Shown here one piece after another: positions 8,429 to 19,876 of a stretch of DNA of 26,868 bases (position 1 is the stretch's first letter; each line of letters begins with the position of its first letter). Origin of the DNA: Macrostomum lignano (Eukaryota); contig NIVC01001625.1 in NCBI GenBank assembly GCA_002269645.1, positions 1 through 26,868 on the forward strand, written 5' to 3'. The position numbers and the translations under genes were made by a program. Below the pieces are notes generated by a model. The model did no database searches and was not told where the DNA came from. It saw only the letters and a list, made by a program, of their open reading frames with translations.

Positions 8429-9135
8429 ATTTAATCATTGTTGTGAATCGCCATCTCCGCAAGCAGTTAAACATCCCGGATACAAAAGTCGAGTTCAAGG
8501 TGAAAAATTTTAAGTTAATTTGAATTTTTCAAAGCGGCGCACGGTTGCACCGAATCATTGCGGAATTATTGCTGTCGGAGTGCCTGATGCAGCGGCATTC
8601 AACATGCGGACAGAGGTGGGTTCGCGATTTGGACATGATGGAGCGGATCGAGAACAGCCGGTAGCGGCAGCCCACCTGGGATGCTGGGAATGATGAAGAG
8701 CCAGCGGGAAGAGGCGGCACAGAGGCCGACCGGGGCCCAGCAAAGAAAGTTCGCCCCGCACGGCCTCGACAGAAGTGCATTCGGGCCGGCACGATTATCC
8801 AGATGAAGAGTTTTCTCTGCCCCCCCCCAGGTAACCAGGTCACGCTAGTTGGGATCCCGCAGCTTCCCTGCCCCAGAATCTCCTTAGCAACAAATTGCGA
8901 AGTTGTAAAAAACCGAAGCTTCCCACTTCATTCCGACACCACATTGTGCCGGGGGGGGGGGGGGGCTGTTTGGAGCTTTGGAGTTTTTCAACTAAAAAGT
9001 GTGAATCCTCCAGGTAAGCAGGGTGTGGAAATTAGCGCAGATGCGCAGATGCGGCTCGGAACCCCTGCTGCCCGCTCCCTCGCTTTCAGTTTTGCAGAGC
9101 CTTGACCGAAAATGAGAATTAGGTGCATGATAGGC

Positions 9136-9713
9136 CGTTCCCTACTCATGTCTGCCTCAGCCATCAGAGAGCGGCTCACCCGTTCCCTACTCATGTCTGC
9201 CTCAGCCATCAGAGAGCGGCTCACCCGTTCCCTACTCATGTCTGCCTCAGCCATCAGAGAGCGGCTCACCTGCTCCCTACTCATGTCTGCCTCAGCCATC
9301 AGAGAGCGGCTCACCTGCTCCCTACTCATGTCTGCCTCAGCCATCAGAGAGCGGCTCACCTGCTCCCTACTCATGTCTGCCTCAGCCATCAGAGAGCGGC
9401 TCACCCGTTCCCTACTCATGTCTGCCTCAGCCATCAGAGAGCGGCTCACCCGTTCCCTACTCATGTCTGCCTCAGCCATCAGAGAGCGGCTCACCCGTTC
9501 CCTACTCATGTCTGCCTCAGCCATCAGAGAGCGGCTCACCCGTTCCCTACTCATGTCTGCCTCAGCCATCAGAGAGCGGCTCACCTGCTCCCTACTCATG
9601 TCTGCCTCAGCCATCAGAGAGCGGCTCACCTGCTCCCTACTCATGTCTGCCTCAGCCATCAGAGAGCGGCTCACCTGCTCCCTACTCATGTCTGCCTCAG
9701 TCAGCTGACTCAC
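9136..9713. repeat. 45-bp minisatellite, about 12.5 copies, in register with a splice donor
   Basis: Period 45 from 9141 to 9681. Two variants (tgctc and cgttc) occur in blocks. Confidence 0.95.
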
Positions 9714-9925
9714 CAACCAGCACCACCTCAGTGTTGACCTGGCCAGCTTCTTCTTCCGAGTCAGCGTCGATATCTTCGAATTTGTCAGCCGCATTCAGGA
9801 AGCTGACGAGCTCCTCGTCCTTCGCCTTCTCGGCCTTGGACTCGCGGCGGCTGCTCATTTTGCCTGTCCGGTTCTTTGGCAGGTCGGGAGCTTCACTGGC
9901 GCTCTCGCCGAGGGGAACGAGCGAC
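9714..9925 (-). CDS. Candidate 5' coding exon, probably the SLCO cytoplasmic N-terminus
   Basis: Acceptor ttttaag at 9926 and strong donor GTTG|GTGAGT at 9713. Open frame SLVPLGESASE..MSSRRESKAEKAKDEELVSFLNAADKFEDIDADSEEEAGQVNTEVVLV with GC3-rich codons. Assignment to SLCO rests on position only. Confidence 0.55.
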
Positions 9926-10082
9926 CTTAAAATTCATTCCGCAGACCTCTGTAAGGTCGTAGGCGAGCTGGCCAATGGCGGTAAGAATAGAAAAATAGCG
10001 ATGGGGGAACAGCGAGAGGAACGGAGAAAACACGCCAGGCCTGAGAGACAAGAAAGCAGTGTTGGCTCGGACAGAAACCTAC

Positions 10083-10129
10083 CTCAGCGCGAGGGGCGGC
10101 AGTGTGTTGCGTAGTGCACTCGAATTCAT
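10083..10129 (-). CDS. Candidate first coding exon (MNSSALRNTLPPLAL)
   Basis: ATG at 10129. Donor GAG|GTAGGT at 10082 is phase 2 and matches the 9925 exon in frame. No homology support. Confidence 0.35.
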
Positions 10130-12531
10130 GAGCGCGCAGTTGGGGTTGGCAAACAATCAAGCGATGGCGCAGGCCACTGGGAGGCTGGGGCGGCATCGGT
10201 GGGCGGGTAGGAAGAGGTCTCGCGGAGAGCAGGAAGTGCAGCCTGACTCAAACTGTTTTCAGCTCGCAATTGCACTCGCGATGCTCGGTCTTATCCGGTG
10301 AAGTGCGCGGGCCGCAGCCCAGAGCCACCCAGCTACATTCAAGAACATGGCTAAGAGATTGGTCCAAACACTTCTTCAGGCAGAAATTGGAGACTCTCTT
10401 GCAGACCGGCAGACACCCCAGTCGAGTTAGAGTTAGCCCGAATGCTTATCTTATATTAGCCAGGTTTAACCGACTAATCTACCGAATTAGCTGTGCTTTA
10501 GTCTGAGTAATTTTAATGCAACACAGGTTTGGGCTCAGAACAGGCCCGAGGCCCGTGTAGTTACGATATTGTTGCGTCAGTCATCATGTTATCTATTAAC
10601 CAAACAACTGCGTTCTGGTGAAATTGGAAACTTTGCAAATGGAACTTCATAGTGATAGCAATTGACAGAATTTGTCTATGGTGAAACCGCTTTTAGCGCT
10701 ATGCGTTTCTAAGAAAATAATGTGCATGGCCTTCTACTTCAGCTGTCCATGAAGTCGGTCTGCTCGGCTACTGAGTGGGCAAAGTGAAATAAAAGCACGG
10801 CTACATCATTAATGCAGCCTACTGACAAGTAGGATGGATAGCGCAGCTGGTGGAAGAAAATCGCATGGTGATCGAAGCGGCAGCAGGCGGAAATTCTCGC
10901 GATTCCGCAGCGGAAGGGGAATCTCATCCCCGCTTCCTCAGCTTTCGCAGTTGAGAAGGAAGGGGAAGCGGGCGGCTTCCGCGTTCTCCACTGCTCCCCC
11001 CCCCCTGACCCCTCCACTGCCTTCCCAGCAAACTGCTCACTCTGCTGCGGTCGAGGCAGCAGATTTGTGTTTTATTAATCCTTTTAGACTGGCCGTTCCG
11101 CCCAGGCACCTCCCTCCCAGTTTGAGCTTCTCTCCCGGCTGCAGAGCAGCTGCTGAACGGCGGGCATCCGAGGGCAGGGGGGGGGGCAGCAGCGGTAATT
11201 TGCACCGGAGGTAGCGGCCGCGTGGCCCGAGGGCTGCTCCCGAATCCTGTGCATCCGGCTGGGGCCGCGCGAGACAGAGGCAGCGCTACAGAAGAGAGGC
11301 GGGCCGGGTTGTGAAGGACAGACAGCTCGAGAGGGTATTCGAGAGGGTGTTCGAGCAGCAACAGGCCCGGCTGTCCCTCCCCTGTGCAACCTGCTCTACT
11401 GAGATTTTCTCTTGGGTTTCAAAGAAATTAAAGCAAAGACAAATCCGTTTATTTGACTCTTAAAACAAATTTTCTTGTTTGAGTTTTTTTTTAAATCGGA
11501 ATGGACAGCCAGTGGTAGGTGTAGCCTAAAAGGAGACAGAGAGCGGCAGGGGGGCCTCGGTCGCTGCCGCGCAGTCCATCGCCGAAGTACACACAGGTGC
11601 AAAATATGGGAAGTTAATTATTTACGACGTATTTAGTTTGGATAAGTTCGCTTTAAAAGTGCAATAAATAAAAAAACCGGTCGAGTATGCAGTATAGAGA
11701 AATGCTGCACCAACAAGGGAATCAACGAATGAATGTTCTTTTGTACATGCACTTAACTATTAATATTTCAGAGCTCTTGATGCTAAGGGGGCTGTCGTTG
11801 GTGAGAAATATTGCCATAAAAGTAAAAGTGCACGCACAAGAACTTTTCTTTGTTAATTCCTTTGTGGGTGCAGCATTTCTCGACGACCCTATGGTTACGA
11901 GATCGTGGCAACCGCGACTGAAACGCGTGGATATCAAGTCCGTCCTCTGAACTATTAACAATTCTCTTACCGGCACAGTCCGCACTGAGTCTGCAGCGGT
12001 GGCGTGAGAGCAGGAACATAAGTGCTGTGCGGAGCGAGTCTGGTAATGCGCTGAAATCTGGCTCTGAAAAGTTTTACTTGGCTTTCATTCCAAGACTTCT
12101 AAGCTGGAATTCTGTGCAAAGCTTTGCAAACAGTGCGAACTCAATGGACCTGGTGGCGTGGACCCACAGGAAAAGTGCAGACCAAAACCGCATGCAGGCA
12201 CAACTCTGCAGGGCTCCGGTCCCTGTTTGCCAATGCAAGGTTGCATGCGGTGCCTTCAAGAGTGGACCATTGCATTGCGCTGATCAACTCTGCACATTCC
12301 GGAGAAGCAGTTCGAGTTCTACTTAGAATCTCCGTGATTCTCAAAACTAGTTTTGGCAGTGCTTCTGGAGTAATGATCAAGCTGACGCAGTCTTCGGTTA
12401 GATATGAATGAAAATTCTGCTGAATTCGGACATTAGTTATTACAGGGTCGAATTTAAATAGCAAATAGCAAATAGCCAGTTCTCCATGGCAGCGGCCTGA
12501 GCTCTGGCTGGCGTTGTGCGGGCAGGTTGCG

Positions 12532-12850
12532 TCACTTGCGCGCCTCGACGGCATCAGCCGGTGCCACCGCGCCGAGGCCCCCTTGGACTTGAGCATGTTC
12601 CACCAGTGCCGGTACTCCTGGCCGCCCGTGTCCGGGCCCAGGTACACCCGGCCGACCTCCGTGCTGCTGAGGACACCCTCGTGGCAGACGGAGATCTCCA
12701 GGCAGCCGGAGCGCAGGTCCTCCTCTGGCACGCCGTTGAAGATGAGGGCCTCCTCCCAGACCGGGTTGCCGGCCATCTTGCAGTTGGAGCTCTTCTTCCG
12801 CTTGATCTTCTTGCCGCCCTGCATCGACAGGGTCGCGCGGACGGTGGCGT
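12532..12850 (-). CDS. SYT: Synaptotagmin-family gene, last exon (C2B core)
   Basis: Acceptor ccgcag (phase 1). Reads DATVRATLSMQGGKKIKRKK..NPVWEEALIF..EVGRVYLG..ARWHRL, ending in the WHxL motif typical of synaptotagmins. The end at 12532 assumes a missing base near 12555; otherwise the frame runs to 12141. Symbol is family-level only. Confidence 0.85.
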
Positions 12851-12977
12851 CTGCGGAGTCGCGGATTCGGGGACTCTCAAGGGTACCGTGAGCAGCACTC
12901 GCGGTTTCAGGGGTGACTGTCGAGAGAAGCGCAACTGCCTACATTGCTGGCGTGAGCTATTGGTTCCCAGAACTCAC

Positions 12978-13098
12978 CACTGAGCGGTCTGTCCTTGGCC
13001 GGGTCGCGCAGGTTACGAGCCTTGATGACGGAGATGCTGAGCCGTTTGGCTGCTGGCAGGTAGGACAGGGAGAACATCAGGTCGCCGATCTTGTGCTC
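12978..13098 (-). CDS. SYT: Synaptotagmin-family exon (start of C2B)
   Basis: cttcccag|EHKIGDLMFSLSYLPAAKRLSISVIKARNL..PLS G|GTGAGT. 121 nt, phase 0 to 1. SLxYLPxAxRL is the synaptotagmin C2B opening. Confidence 0.92.
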
Positions 13099-13616
13099 CT
13101 GGGAAGCGGAATAGGTTTTCTAGTTCTCACCGGAGCTCAGCAGCTACTCTCTAGAATTTCTGAGGCTTTAATCCCCACAAGCAATCGAACCTTGTTGAGC
13201 TTTACGTTTGTCATCACGAAATCTCAAGCCCGCAATTTTTCAGGCTACGCGAAATGTGTCGAATGGCGATGTTTTATTCAGGATGGCTCGTCTCCCCAGA
13301 GCCCCCCAGCTGCACGAAAGCCAGTTCAATTTGCCCATCCCGACTCGAAGTCATTCTTCAAATACGGCCTCGTGTTTGTATTGCCCCGGTCCCCGCACTT
13401 GGACCTGACGTCCCCGCTGTCTGAGTGATGGAGTCGGGCTCGCATGGACTGAATTTCAGCGCACTGGCTGCTCCGAATGCTTTTTGGTCGGGCATCAAAA
13501 AGAAACTGGGCAGTTTTTAGGGCTGCCTGCGGCCTGTTTATCTTAACCACTGAGAACCTCCTTCCCAGCTGCAGCTGAGCATTTGAGTTGTTTTGGTTCA
13601 AGCGAGTTCACTTTAC

Positions 13617-14054
13617 CGGGTCCGGGTCCTTCTCAGTTGCGGACAGGCCCTTCCACAGCAGTTGCCGCTCGCTGAACTCCGCCTCGGACAGCGGCAGTTT
13701 CACCTGGCCGAGGCAGTCATCGAGCGAGCAGGGGTCATAGTCGAACACGGTGATCTCGAGCACGCTCCAGTTCAGGTCCTGTGGCTTCACCTCGAAGATG
13801 AACTCTTCCTCGATTTCGGGGTTGAGCGTCTTCTTGTGTATCTTGGTTGTCGTCTGCGTCTTGCGGTTGGGCAGCACGGCCACGCGGCAGTACGGGTTGG
13901 CGAGGCCGCAGGAGCTGTCCTTGGGCTGCAGCTCAATGGCCTGGATGATGCGCACCGTCAGGATGCCAGTCTCCTCCTTGTAGGCGACGGAGAAGTTCAG
14001 CTGGCCGAGATTCTCCTCCTGGATGCTCTGGATGGTGGCGTTGGCCTGATTGTA
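13617..14054 (-). CDS. SYT: Synaptotagmin-family exon (C2A)
   Basis: cccgcag|YNQANAT..LGQLNFSVAY..LTVRIIQA..NPYCRV.VLP..KKTLNP..FDYD..LGQVKLPL..DPDP|GTAAAG. 438 nt, phase 0 to 0. Confidence 0.93.
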
Positions 14055-14116
14055 CTGCGGGTGACGGCGGTGGGTGGTTCGGGTGCGACACCTGCTTTCG
14101 GCTCAAGTGGAACTTC

Positions 14117-15185
14117 AACCCCACAGTCCAGCCCCAACCCCACAGTCCAGCCCCAACCCCACAGTGCAGCCCCAACCCCACAGTGCAGCCCCTACTCCAG
14201 AGTCCAGCCCCAACCCCACAGTCCAGCCCCTACTCCACAGTCCAGCCCCAACCCCACAGTGCAGCTCCAAGCCCACAGTGCAGCTCCAAGCCCACAGTCC
14301 AGCCCCAACCCCACAGTCCAGCCCCTACTCCACAGTCCAGCCCCAACCCCACAGTGCAGCCCCAACCCCACAGTGCAGCCCCAACCCACAGTGCAGCCCC
14401 AACCCCACAGTGCAGCTCCAAGCCCACAGTGCAGCCCCTACTCCACAGTCCAGCCCCTACTCCACAGTCCAGCCCCAACCCACAGTGCAGCCCCTACTCC
14501 ACAGTCCAGCCCCAACCTCACAGTCCAGCCCCAACCCCACAGTGCAGCCCCTACTCCACAGTCCAGCCCCAACCCCACAGTGCAGCTCCAAGCCCACAGT
14601 CCAGCCCCTACTCCACAGTCCAGCCCCAACCCCACAGTCCAGCCCCTACTCCACAGTCCAGCCCCAACCCCACAGTCCAGCCCCAACCCCACAGTCCAGC
14701 CCCAACCCCACAGTGCAGCTCCAAGCCCCCACAGTCCAACACAAACCCCCACAGTCCAACACAAACCCCCACAGTCCAACACAAACCCCACAGTCCAACA
14801 CAAACCCCCACAGTCCAGCACAAACCCCCACAGTCCAACACAAACCCCCACAGTCCAACACAAACCCCCACAGTCCAACACAAACCCCCACAGTCCAACA
14901 CAAACCCCCACAGTCCAACACAAACCCCCACAGTCCAACACAAACAAACCCCCACAGTCCAACACAAACCCCCACAGTCCAACACAAACCCCCACAGTCC
15001 AACACAAACCCCCACAGTCCAACACAAACCCCCACAGTCCAACACAAACCCCCACAGTCCAACACAAACCCCCACAGTCCAACACAAACCCCCTCAGTCC
15101 AGCTCCAACCCCCACAGTCCAGCTCCAACCCCACAGTCCAGCTCCAACCCCCACAGTCAAACTCCAACCCTTGCAGTCCAACTAA
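14117..15185. repeat. Compound 19-20-bp minisatellite (cagtccagccccaacccca changing to cagtccaacacaaacccca near 14728)
   Basis: Directly visible. G-run-rich on the minus strand. Begins about 60 nt upstream of the C2A acceptor. Confidence 0.95.
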
Positions 15186-15794
15186 AATCCAACTCCAACT
15201 GCTCAGAGAATTTGCTGAGATTAGCTGTCTACTAGGAGCAGAATTTTCCAGACTGCCGGAAGACGCTTCTGGAGGCTGAACCCAAATCCTGGAAGTCACT
15301 CTGCTAACTTTATGTCAACAATAAATTTGCTGTCTCGACGTGACGATGAGGCCGTGTCTCAGCTGCGGTCCAGCTGCCAGACCCCCTCCCGTCTCCTTCT
15401 CAGAGTCGTCGGTGAGCTACGCAAATGTTTGACCGCGGAGACTGAGCTGGCGGCGCCGAGTTTTCTGTGGCCGCCGCATCCGCTGTCAGCGCAGCCTCCT
15501 GATCTAATTATACTAATTGTGCCCGCCGCGCTCCCCTACGCCTTCGCAACCCTTCTTTTGCCTCACTTTCACCCTTCCTCTACTCACCTTTGACGCACCT
15601 AGCATCCCTTTCAGCGGTAATCCCTCCCATCTCCCACTCGCTCCCTATGCTGCCCCTGTCTGCGCTTCTTCCGCCCTAATCCTAACCTTTTTTGCAGCTC
15701 TCCCCTCCCCGCCATCTGTCTCCGGCTGCCTCTCGTTATTTAAGCTTTCCCAAGGCTTACTTTTCATTGGCTTTCATCGCAGCCCTAGCATATG

Positions 15795-16082
15795 AGTTCC
15801 TGTCTCCCAGCCAGCAGTTCCTGTCTCCCAGCCAGCAGTTCCTGTCTCCCAGCTCAGCAGTTCCTGTCTCCCAGCCAGCAGTTCCTGTCTTCCCAGCCAG
15901 CAGTTCCTGTCTCCCAGCCAGCAGTTCCTGTCTCCCAGCCAGCAGTTCCTGTCTCCCAGCCAGCAGTTCCTGTCTCCCAGCTCAGCAGTTCCTGTCTCCC
16001 AGCCAGCAGTTCCTGTCTTCCAGCCAGCAGTTCCTGTCTCCCAGCCAGCAGTTCCTGTCTCCCAGCTCAGCAGTTCCTGTCT
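15795..16082. repeat. 21-22-bp minisatellite (agttcctgtctcccagccagc), about 13 copies
   Basis: Period 21 at 15795, 15816 and 15837. Confidence 0.93.
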
Positions 16083-16260
16083 GCTGCTGGGGTACCAGCT
16101 GGGTACCAGATCAGCAGTTCCAGTTTGCTGGGGGTACCAGCTGAGGTACCAGCTCAGCAGTTCCAGTCTGCTGGGGGTACCAGCTGAGGTACCAGCTCAG
16201 CAGTTCCAGTCTGCTGGGGTACCAGCTGAGTTACCAGCTCAGCAACTCACCAGTTTGCTG
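16072..16260. repeat. About 43-bp repeat x4 derived from the exon end and donor
   Basis: Unit cagcagttccagt(c/t)tgctgggggtaccagctgaggtaccagct contains cagtttgctg, the last 10 exon bases (exact copy at 16121-16130). Confidence 0.85.
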
Positions 16261-16468
16261 TAAAGGTCGGCGTTGATCTTGGAAGCGTCGATGGCGTCCT
16301 GCATGCTGGCCCGCCGGCGCTCGCGTCGAAACTCGCCGCCGGGACTGGCGACCTTCGCCCGACCGCTGCCGCCGCCGCCGCCACCGCCGCCGCCGTCGGC
16401 CGCTGACATGCCGGTGGCCGGAGATTTCTCAGCTTCGTGCAGCGAGGACACTGAACTCTGGCCGGAGC
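16251..16468 (-). CDS. SYT: Synaptotagmin-family exon (linker before C2A)
   Basis: gtcttccag|GSGQSSVSS..RRASMQDAIDASKINADLYSKL|GTGAGT. Phase 1 to 0, in frame with C2A. INADLY resembles the IxPELY linker of synaptotagmins. Confidence 0.78.
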
Positions 16469-17331
16469 CTGGAAGACAGCGGGCAGAGCAAAGTGATGAG
16501 GCTTGGGAAGCTGGACTGAGCAGCCGGAACTGCTAACAGCTTTTAGAGGAGACTGGGCATTTTGATGCAGCCAATGAGAAGGCGAGCAGCATTTTCCTCC
16601 TCTCCGTCCCTCCTCTGCTCCGTCTGTCCCTCCAAACTACCCGCGGCGGGCCGAAAGTCCTTTGCTGCTGCCGCGCCCGCTCGGTGAAAGAGGTTTTGAA
16701 GGCAGGGATTAGGAGGCGCGATGCTCTACGGCCAGAGATTTGCCAGATCAAAGACAGGCGGCGGGTCGGCCCGCGCCAATTCGATCTGGGGCGGCGGGGG
16801 GCAGGGCGGACAAGTGACTTCCCGTTGGCATCAATCATGCATGGGGCAGCGGGCCGGCTCAAGCCCCCAAGCTCTAAACTTCACTCCCGCCCGTCTCCTA
16901 CTGATGAGGCGCCTTCCCCCCCCCTCTAGCCGCCTCCAAGCTTCTCCCGTGCCGCTCCTGTCGCCACAAAGGCGGACGTTGGGTCGGCTCGCTTCTTGAG
17001 TTGCTTCCCCGGGAAGGTGAGGCGCCTGCCGCCTACTCCGGCTTCCCCCACGGCGCCGGTTGGCCCGAGAGAAGATTATCAGTAATCCGCCCGCGGAGAA
17101 ACTCGAGCTTGGGCGGACCTGGCCAAGCTCTCCATTTGCAGTTCTCAGTTGCAGTCCCCTGGCGACTGCACCGCGCCCGGCACTTCTCTATCCCTGTTTG
17201 ACCTGCATTGCCAGTGCTGGGGTTTCCACCGCCAAGGCCTCCACAAGTGGTGAGGAGTTGAAAAGCATTTTTCTCACCCTGTCCGGCGTTTCATAACCCA
17301 CGGCAGCTGCAATTTCTCCTGTGAAGCTCAC

Positions 17332-17481
17332 CTAGAATCTCCGGCATGCCCAGGACAGCGTTGGCAAGGCTGAGGGCCCGCTTTCTGAGGCCCAGCGGCA
17401 CCGGGCTGCTGCCGCGAGGGCTCTGCGACTCCGGCACCGGCGAAGAGGCATTGCGCGGGCTCGGCGAGCTGTTGCTGAGGC
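17332..17481 (-). CDS. Candidate synaptotagmin-family exon (Ser/Pro-rich)
   Basis: acccag|GLSNSSPSPRNASSPVPESQSPRGSSPVPLGLRKRALSLANAVLGMPEIL G|GTGAGC. 150 nt, symmetric phase 1, stop-free. Confidence 0.65.
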   Translation of the reverse strand, partial: ASATARRARAMPLRRCRSRRALAAAARCRWASESGPSALPTLSWACRRF

Positions 17482-17612
17482 CTGGGTTGCAGTGGGTGTT
17501 TATTACTGAGGACTGGGTTGCAGTGGGTGTTTATTACTGAGGACTGGGTTGCAGTGGGTGTTTATTACTGAGGCCTGGGTTGCAGTGGGTGTTTATTACT
17601 AAGAACTGGGTT
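17475..17612. repeat. 31-bp minisatellite, 4 copies plus a partial, containing the splice acceptor
   Basis: ctgagg(c/a)ctgggttgcagtgggtgtttatta at 17475, 17506, 17537 and 17568. Confidence 0.93.
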
Positions 17613-19280
17613 TATGCATAGAAAATTTCCGGCCGGGAGCACAAAAGCATTCGGGGTCAAATACCAGCAATAAGCAAGCCAATCTCTAATTTTCATCCCG
17701 CAGAGTCTAAACAGATGCACGAATGCTTTTCACCTACTCATAGTAGTTGCAGTACTGACAGAATTCTCGCTAATGAGTCAGTTTTGTAACAGTTTGAATG
17801 CCAAATGCGAGCGACTCAAAGTCTCAGCTGTTAGCCTCGGTGAAACCCGACCCAGATGAAGGCGGATCGATATCTGTGGAGGCTGGGATGAGCGAGTCGA
17901 GCAGGCATCAGCGAATCAATCAGGTGTGCGACTTCTGCACGAGAGTCTTGAGAGCCATCTGAGTTCCTGCTGCACTTTTAAGCAGCGCGGCAGGAGCTGT
18001 TGGGCAGGTGATTAATCCCGGGCAGAACTGCTCGGCTATGAATCCCATTATCCGCACTCAGCTCTGCTATCCCCCGCTTACAGTGAGCTGGGCAGCCGGC
18101 CGGCTCACTCTACGTGACATCCTGACGGCCCGGAGCACCGCCTCGGCTCCGAGCTGCTTCTATATAAGAGGGCCGGACGGCCGCCAGCCTGCTGCAACAC
18201 GCAGACAAAACAGAGCCCCATTGATATTGCCAATCAACCAGCAGGATGCGGTAATTACCAGCCTCCCTGCTCCGCCTTACGTTTCCCTTTTCCCACGGAC
18301 TCAAGTCCCAACGGGGCATCGGGGCTTGCAGCTTCTCGGCCTCCTCTCCCTCCTTGCCGAGTCCCCCCGGCTCGCGTGCGTCTCTGCAGCCTTCCAGCGC
18401 AGAAATTAATCAAAAGCCGCTTTGCAAGTTTGCCGCCTGCTGGCAACAGTTGGCCTTGCCGCCAGCCTCCTCATTGTCAACATCCTCTCTCACGACTCCC
18501 ATTGTCAGTTGCTTGTTTCTCCTCAGCGCACCTGGATGCACTTCAGCACCAGCAGCTGCTGTGTGTCTATTTTGCTGAATCCCAGAAATTGATGCACATG
18601 GACAGGAAAACTGCTCTCTGCTTTCCCATCTTTTGCAAGTTGTTGCAATTCTCTGCTTTGTGGGCGAAATGTCGATCCAAACTTGCTCTTGCAGTGCTCT
18701 CCTACCTGCTGCTCTGCCGCTCCGCCCCTGACTGACGCCAGCCATGGCTAGCAGAGCTTAGTGCCCGGTTCAGTCAGGGCCACTTTATCTGATTAATTAT
18801 TTGTCTTTTTGATATTCAATTCTTCTTAAACTTCCGGTTGCTCGTTCGGCCGGGATCGCCGAGAGGAGAGGCTTAGGGCGCTGGCTTTCCCTCGCATTTC
18901 TTCAAAGCAAAAATGCAAAGCATCCGACCTGAAAATAAGCAGATAGGGAACTTCAGCGCTCGTAGCTCTTGTGAGCCTCAATACTGCACCGCGGAATCGA
19001 ACCCGGGACCCTCAGCCACTGCACCGCAAAAAAATGGTCGATTGTCTTGATAACTACAGATCGGGTGAGGCCTGCACCTGCTGTTGCCCGCCCGGCCAGC
19101 CTCTGCTCCTCATCCAGCCCGAGGCAGATAAAGAGTAGCTGATAAAAAGCCGGAGCAAAAAGAAGAAGCAAATCCACAAACGGGACGCCTCTCTCAAAGT
19201 AGCAGCTTGAATTCCACTTGCCGATGCGCTTTCAAGTGTCTTTTATCGGACTTGAAGTCGGGCGGTAAACTGCTACAGGG

Positions 19281-19580
<300 letters not shown>

Positions 19581-19633
19581 AACATGGAGCTTTCTTCGTA
19601 TTCTATGGGAATTCACATTGCCAATGATTCGAG

Positions 19634-19876
19634 ATCCTCACATTCCCGAATCTTCACATTCCTGAATCTTCACATTCCCGAATCTTCACATTCCCGAATC
19701 TTCACATTCCCCAATCTTTACATTCCCAAATCCTCACATTCCCCAATCTTCACATTCTCCAATCTTCACATTCCCGAATCTTCACATTCCCCAATCTTTA
19801 CATTCCCAAATCCTCACATTCCCCAATCTTCACATTCTCCAATCTTCACATTCCCGAATCTTCACATTCCCCGAAT
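19634..19876. repeat. 16-bp minisatellite (gaatcttcacattccc), about 15 copies
   Basis: Directly visible. Confidence 0.92.

Noticed and set aside
8529-8843. GC-rich stretch with PAKKVR on the plus strand as an extra exon or TE fragment
   Set aside because: No recognisable domain and no consistent splice-site pair.
8988-9794. Long ORFs on both strands over the 45-bp array
   Set aside because: The unit length is a multiple of 3 and lacks stops in several frames; the array lies after a strong donor, so it is intronic.
10400-12400. Several 70-145-aa ORFs between SLCO and the synaptotagmin 3' end
   Set aside because: No motifs or coding-type codon bias; more likely UTR or regulatory sequence that cannot be specified from sequence alone.
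13593-15299. 530-, 401- and 350-aa Pro/Gln/Ser/Thr mucin- or extensin-like ORFs
   Set aside because: Open in many frames on both strands because of the repeat; partly antisense to the real C2A exon.
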